DNA from: Flavobacteriales bacterium
Lineage (GTDB): Bacteria > Bacteroidota > Bacteroidia > Flavobacteriales > UBA7312
Reading direction: 5' to 3'
NCBI GenBank assembly: GCA_965661505.1
Contig: CBFIDX010000006.1
Location: 4,473-68,472, forward strand
Length of the DNA: 64,000 nucleotides
A program made the translations under genes and the position numbers. Below are positions 59,973 to 64,000 of the stretch, one piece after another (position 1 is the stretch's first letter; every line of letters begins with the position of its first letter). Under the pieces are notes generated by a model, which searched no databases, had not been told where the DNA came from, and saw only the letters and a list, made by a program, of their open reading frames with translations.

Positions 59973-61182
59973 AGCCTACTTTTTTCAAGTCCTCCCAAAA
60001 GTGTGGGTAAGATTTTTCAACATGCTGTATGTCAGAAATACTAATTTCATCACATACAAGGCTAAGCGGTGCAAAACTCATGGCCATGCGATGATCTTGA
60101 TAAGTCTTGATATGTACTATATCAGAAGAAGTGATTTTTGCTTGACTTGAACTCTCAATAGAATCTTCTGAAATAGTTGTTTCAAAACCCAGTTTAAGCA
60201 ATTCATTTTTTAATGCCTTGATTCGTTGACTTTCCTTAATATTTAAGGTAGATAACCCTTTTAAGACAAAGCTTGTTTCAAGACCTGCTAGTGTACAGCA
60301 TAGCGGCTGTGCTAGGTCAGGAGTAGAAATTAAATCATAGCAATAGTGGGGCTTTTTTTCAAAGCCTGTTTTGGAAATATGTAGTTGGTCGTTTTGAAAG
60401 TTATATGTTACTCCCAGTGTTGAAAAAATCTTTAGTAAAGAGGCATCGCCTTGCCAAGATGTTTGGGTCATTCCTTCAAGAACGATGTGTGCTTCTTGTG
60501 CTAATGCCGCAATTTCGAACCAAAAGGCTGCCGAGCTCCAATCGTTTTCTATACTGATGTCTTTTGCTTGGTAGGCTTGCTCTCTAATATGAATCCATTG
60601 TTTTTCCCAGCTATACTCTATGCCAAAAAAGGACATTATGTTTAAGGTCATTTCTAGATAAGATTTAGAAACCAATAGGCCACAAATCTCTATGCTTAAC
60701 CCTCCTTTTAGAAGAGGAGCAATGAGCAAAAGAGCGGATATAAATTGACTACTGATGCTTCCTTCAACCGAAATTTTTCCACCAGCTAAATTGCCTGCTT
60801 CAATCTTTATTGGAGGATAGCCCTCTTTTTCCAAGTAGCTTATGTTCGCACCCAGTTCATTAAGTGCTTTCACCAAGGGGGCAATGGGTCGCTGGTGCAT
60901 GCGCTTGCTTCCTTTTAAAACAACTGCTTCATTTTTAAGCGCAAGAAATGCTGTTAAAAAACGCATGCATGTTCCAGCGTCATTCACGTTTATTTCTGAT
61001 GAACAGCTATTTAAACTCTCTTGCAGAATTTGGGTGTCTTTTGCTTTGGATATATTGTAAATGGTGAAAGCGTCTTGACAGAGGGCCTGAATCATAAGCG
61101 CTCTATTACTCAAGCTTTTTGATGCAGGAAGTTGGACGGTTCCTTTGATGACTTTATCAGCATGTTTAAGCGAGTAATTCAT
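59938..61182 (-). CDS. aroA: 3-phosphoshikimate 1-carboxyvinyltransferase
   Basis: EPSP synthase motifs LPASKSLSNRALM, NDAGTCMRFL and DHRMAMSFA. The start is taken at ATG 61182; an alternative start is 61203. Confidence 0.9.
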   Translation of the reverse strand: MNYSLKHADKVIKGTVQLPASKSLSNRALMIQALCQDAFTIYNISKAKDTQILQESLNSCSSEINVNDAGTCMRFLTAFLALKNEAVVLKGSKRMHQRPIAPLVKALNELGANISYLEKEGYPPIKIEAGNLAGGKISVEGSISSQFISALLLIAPLLKGGLSIEICGLLVSKSYLEMTLNIMSFFGIEYSWEKQWIHIREQAYQAKDISIENDWSSAAFWFEIAALAQEAHIVLEGMTQTSWQGDASLLKIFSTLGVTYNFQNDQLHISKTGFEKKPHYCYDLISTPDLAQPLCCTLAGLETSFVLKGLSTLNIKESQRIKALKNELLKLGFETTISEDSIESSSQAKITSSDIVHIKTYQDHRMAMSFAPLSLVCDEISISDIQHVEKSYPHFWEDLKKVGFTIESLAHSNK

Positions 61183-62167
61183 CCACTTCAAATTGATTAT
61201 CAATCAGGCAGCTACCAATGCTGGTAAGCAATGTAAAATTGATCTGACCGTTGCTGTTTTTTTTGTCCTGTTTTAGCCACTTTAAAAGGAGTTCCCTACT
61301 AGGAACTTTTAAGGACGGAAAAGTGGTGGATAGAAAGGAGTTTATCTCTTTCTTTTCTGCTGCTGATAATGGCGATAACTTACACTCTTCAATCATTCCT
61401 AAGGCAATGGCTTCACCATGAAGTATGGGCTCTCCTATAGCTAAATAATGACTTTCAATTGCGTGCCCAACAGTATGTCCGAAGTTTAATTTTTTTCGTT
61501 GTCCTTTTTCGTTTGGGTCTGCGCAAACCAAGGCGCTTTTGATTTTTACTGATTGAGAAATAACGCTTTCCCAGTCCAGCTCTGAAAATGGAGTGTTTTT
61601 AATCTGCTGCCAATATTCTTTATCTGCGATTAAGGCATGCTTTACTACTTCCGCAAAACCCGAGCGTACTTGCTTGGGTGCCAAAGTGTTTAAAAATATA
61701 GGATCAATAAGTACGCTTTTGGGGTTTTTGAAAAGTCCAATTTGGTTTTTAGAATAGGCAAAATCAATGCCTAATTTACCCCCTATAGAGGCATCTACCA
61801 TGGCCAAAAGGGTGGTAGGAATTTGAAGAAAGTCAATCCCTCTTTTAAAAGTACTTGCAGCAAACCCCCCCATGTCTCCGATAACTCCGCCACCTAGATT
61901 GATGAGTAGTGCCTTTCTGTCAAAGTGATGTTGGCTCAAAGACGCCCAAATATGTTGACAACTGGCTAAGTTTTTATTCCTTTCTCCTGATTTCACTTCA
62001 ATGATAACAGCTTCTACTTTTGTTGTCTCCAAAAAGTAGGCTAAGCAGTGTTTTTTGGTGTTTTCATCCACTAAGATAGCAAGCTGACTGTAGCTACTAT
62101 AGTCGAACTCTTGCAAAGATTTAGAGCCTATAAAAACACCATAATCAAGTCTTTCTATTGCTTTCAT
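61166..62167 (-). CDS. aroB: 3-dehydroquinate synthase
   Basis: Motifs GGGVIGDMGGFAA, IPTTLLAMVDASIGGK and HTVGHAIE. The ATG at 62167 forms an ATGA overlap with the upstream stop; the ORF track extends to 62200. Confidence 0.9.
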   Translation of the reverse strand: MKAIERLDYGVFIGSKSLQEFDYSSYSQLAILVDENTKKHCLAYFLETTKVEAVIIEVKSGERNKNLASCQHIWASLSQHHFDRKALLINLGGGVIGDMGGFAASTFKRGIDFLQIPTTLLAMVDASIGGKLGIDFAYSKNQIGLFKNPKSVLIDPIFLNTLAPKQVRSGFAEVVKHALIADKEYWQQIKNTPFSELDWESVISQSVKIKSALVCADPNEKGQRKKLNFGHTVGHAIESHYLAIGEPILHGEAIALGMIEECKLSPLSAAEKKEINSFLSTTFPSLKVPSRELLLKWLKQDKKNSNGQINFTLLTSIGSCLIDNQFEVDELLA

Positions 62168-63723
62168 TCGGTTATGCTTCTGATGGGTTTTCCGGTGCAA
62201 CCGTTTGGAAAAGAAATACCCAATAAAGTACTTACTGTGGGGGCTATGTCTTGTATAAAAACAGCTTCATCGGACACCTTAGGGCGGATGTTTTTCCCCC
62301 AAAAAAGTAGGGGCACATGGGTATCATAGCTGTAACAAGATCCGTGGGTTGTTCCAGTAGGGCTTCTCCATTCAATCCATCCACTTTCTAGGTTGATAAT
62401 GACATCGCCAGAGCGTTTTTGATTAAACCCTCTTTGTACCAAGGCATGAATGCCGTTGTTGTATTCTTGTTGATGAAGTTGGGTGGCCGTAAAAGTGTTT
62501 TTTATTCCTCGTTTAGAAATTAAAAAATCAGCACATACTTTTTCTATATCGGCTTTGTGTATTTGTTTTTCTAGTATTAGCTCTTGGTTTAAAAAGAACT
62601 GCTGATTGCTGTATCGTTTAATCCATTCACCTGTGCCATATCGGCTTGTAAGGTGGGCTTCTAGGCTTTCCTGTATCTTATGTACTACAAAATAGCCGGC
62701 AGGGATTCTCTTTTCGATAAGCGTGTTAGGAACACTCACCACTCCATGATCTGCGGTCAAGAAAATCAATACATTTTCTTTGCCCAGGCTTTGCTTTAGT
62801 GTTTTCAATAAATCCGCCATGTCTTGATCTAGGCGAAGGTAGGTATCCACTAATTCTTCGGCATGGGGGCCGTATTGATGCCCTACATAATCCGTAGAGG
62901 AAAAGCTGATACTCAAAAAGTCAGTGTTTTCACCTTTTCCTAACTTCTCTTCTTTGATAATTTCTTTGGCCAGGTCTTTTAAAATAGTATTTCCGAAAGG
63001 AGTGGACTTGATGATTTTTGTTCCATTTTTTGCCACTAATGTATCTAAGTTGTAGCTAAAATTGTTGCCTTCCCATTTGCCCTCTAGGTAATCGCTAACG
63101 CTATTTTCTGACTGATAATCAATCATCCATTGGGGTAGGCTTTCCATGTAATAGCTGCTCGTTATCCAATCCCCATTGCTATCCATCCAATAAGCAGCAT
63201 CTCCCATGTGGCCTGCCGGTAAGATAGCCCCTCGGTCTTTTAAGGAAATGCCAATCACTTTGGCCTTGTCATTAAAGAGTTGTAGCTCATCGCCAATCGT
63301 TGTTGTTAGCATGCGGTGTGGCGACATTTGCCCGTCGTTGGTAATGACATCCGTGGTATGGTTTTCACAATTACAAACGGTGTGCATCTCTCCATCACCT
63401 GCACAATAGACTGATTTTTGACTTTCTTTATCGTACCAGTTGTTTCCAATAATGCCATGTACTGCTGGGGTGGTGCCAGAAAAAATGCTGGCATGGCCCG
63501 GGCCTGTATAGGTAGGCATATAGCCAAAATGGGTATTTCGGTAAAAGGCACCTTCATTCACCAATTCTTTAAAGCCATTTTCTCCAAAAGAATTCCAAAA
63601 ACGATAGATGTAATCGTAACGCATTTGATCTACCACAATGCCTACAACTAATTTAGGGCGCTCTTGCGACTGAACAAAGTAGCCGCAAAGCATAAGCGAA
63701 AGGACAATAATTATTTTTTTCAT
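62164..63723 (-). CDS. PafA-like alkaline phosphatase (nucleotide pyrophosphatase/phosphodiesterase superfamily)
   Basis: 519 aa with a signal peptide. Motifs include VVDQMRYDY, the nucleophile region PTYTGPGHASIFSG and LTADHG. Confidence 0.85.
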   Translation of the reverse strand: MKKIIIVLSLMLCGYFVQSQERPKLVVGIVVDQMRYDYIYRFWNSFGENGFKELVNEGAFYRNTHFGYMPTYTGPGHASIFSGTTPAVHGIIGNNWYDKESQKSVYCAGDGEMHTVCNCENHTTDVITNDGQMSPHRMLTTTIGDELQLFNDKAKVIGISLKDRGAILPAGHMGDAAYWMDSNGDWITSSYYMESLPQWMIDYQSENSVSDYLEGKWEGNNFSYNLDTLVAKNGTKIIKSTPFGNTILKDLAKEIIKEEKLGKGENTDFLSISFSSTDYVGHQYGPHAEELVDTYLRLDQDMADLLKTLKQSLGKENVLIFLTADHGVVSVPNTLIEKRIPAGYFVVHKIQESLEAHLTSRYGTGEWIKRYSNQQFFLNQELILEKQIHKADIEKVCADFLISKRGIKNTFTATQLHQQEYNNGIHALVQRGFNQKRSGDVIINLESGWIEWRSPTGTTHGSCYSYDTHVPLLFWGKNIRPKVSDEAVFIQDIAPTVSTLLGISFPNGCTGKPIRSITE

Positions 63724-63869
63724 TTTCTATTTTTAAAAAGAGTTAAAGCGATTGACAAAAGAACGGCTACCACTACGTCGGCTAATGGAGGAACATTGGG
63801 CCAACCATAGTTCCACGCTACTACCAAAAGTAGCCAAATAACCCAGCTTTTATCGAATAACTTTTTCAC
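63720..63869 (-). CDS. Possible 49-aa membrane peptide (not in the ORF track, GTG start)
   Basis: Hand translation of the minus strand gives (GTG)[48 protein letters not shown]. Its TGA overlaps the phosphatase ATG (ATGA). Its 5' end overlaps the PAP2 gene by 20 nt. Confidence 0.35.
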   Translation of the reverse strand: MKKLFDKSWVIWLLLVVAWNYGWPNVPPLADVVVAVLLSIALTLFKNRK

Positions 63870-64000
63870 GAATTAAGCGATATATATTGAATACAACCAA
63901 GGCTACAAAAGTACCCCAAAGCATTCCTCCAAGGATATCCAAAGGATAATGAACGCCTACATAAATGCGACTATAAGCAACCAGTGCAGCCCAAATAAAC
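63850..64000 (-). CDS. PAP2-family phosphatase, C-terminal fragment (gene continues beyond the window)
   Basis: Minus-strand translation gives [49 protein letters not shown]. It contains the PAP2 C3 motif SRxxxxxHxxxD. Confidence 0.7.
   Translation of the reverse strand, partial: FIWAALVAYSRIYVGVHYPLDILGGMLWGTFVALVVFNIYRLIREKVIR

Overview
This window looks like a densely packed core chromosomal region of a Bacteroidota genome, probably Flavobacteriia-like. That placement is an inference from three things: type IX secretion (T9SS) C-terminal sorting domains, TAnnTTTG promoter boxes, and the phylum-typical families DUF4249, DUF2851, DUF1573 and DUF3467. The centre (about 14.5-29.5 kb) is the conserved translation/transcription cluster: rpsU, a Xer-type recombinase, hpf, tRNA-Thr/Tyr/Gly/Thr, tuf, tRNA-Trp, secE, nusG, rplK-rplA-rplJ-rplL, rpoB, rpoC and DUF3467. 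The flanks carry housekeeping genes: prfA, pyrF, apt, valS, ilvE, aroA, aroB, rpsT, radC, a fused IcmF-type B12 mutase, protoporphyrinogen oxidase, aminotransferases and an alanine:cation symporter. They also carry envelope and secretion genes: an OmpA-family protein, a TonB-dependent receptor with a DUF4249 lipoprotein, an FtsX/LolE-like permease, two T9SS cargo proteins, and a PafA-like alkaline phosphatase with a PAP2 phosphatase. I found no CRISPR array, transposase, phage gene, toxin-antitoxin pair or recognisable defence module. The largest intergenic gaps are only about 100-140 nt, so there is no room for a large unannotated element. I therefore cannot support a claim that a new multi-gene system is present. 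The observations most worth a second look are: (1) an RmlD-like reductase interrupted by one in-frame TAA; (2) a ComEA-like helix-hairpin-helix gene frameshifted at an A7 homopolymer; (3) a PspC / coiled-coil / PspC trio of small membrane proteins, one missing from the ORF track, in a tightly packed gene chain behind DUF2851; (4) a radC / deacetylase-like / FemAB-like gene string; (5) a minus-strand chain of overlapping genes (PAP2, an unlisted 49-aa ORF, pafA-like, aroB, aroA); and (6) two T9SS cargo proteins of unknown function. All functional calls rest on motifs recognised by eye in the supplied translations. No database search was run.
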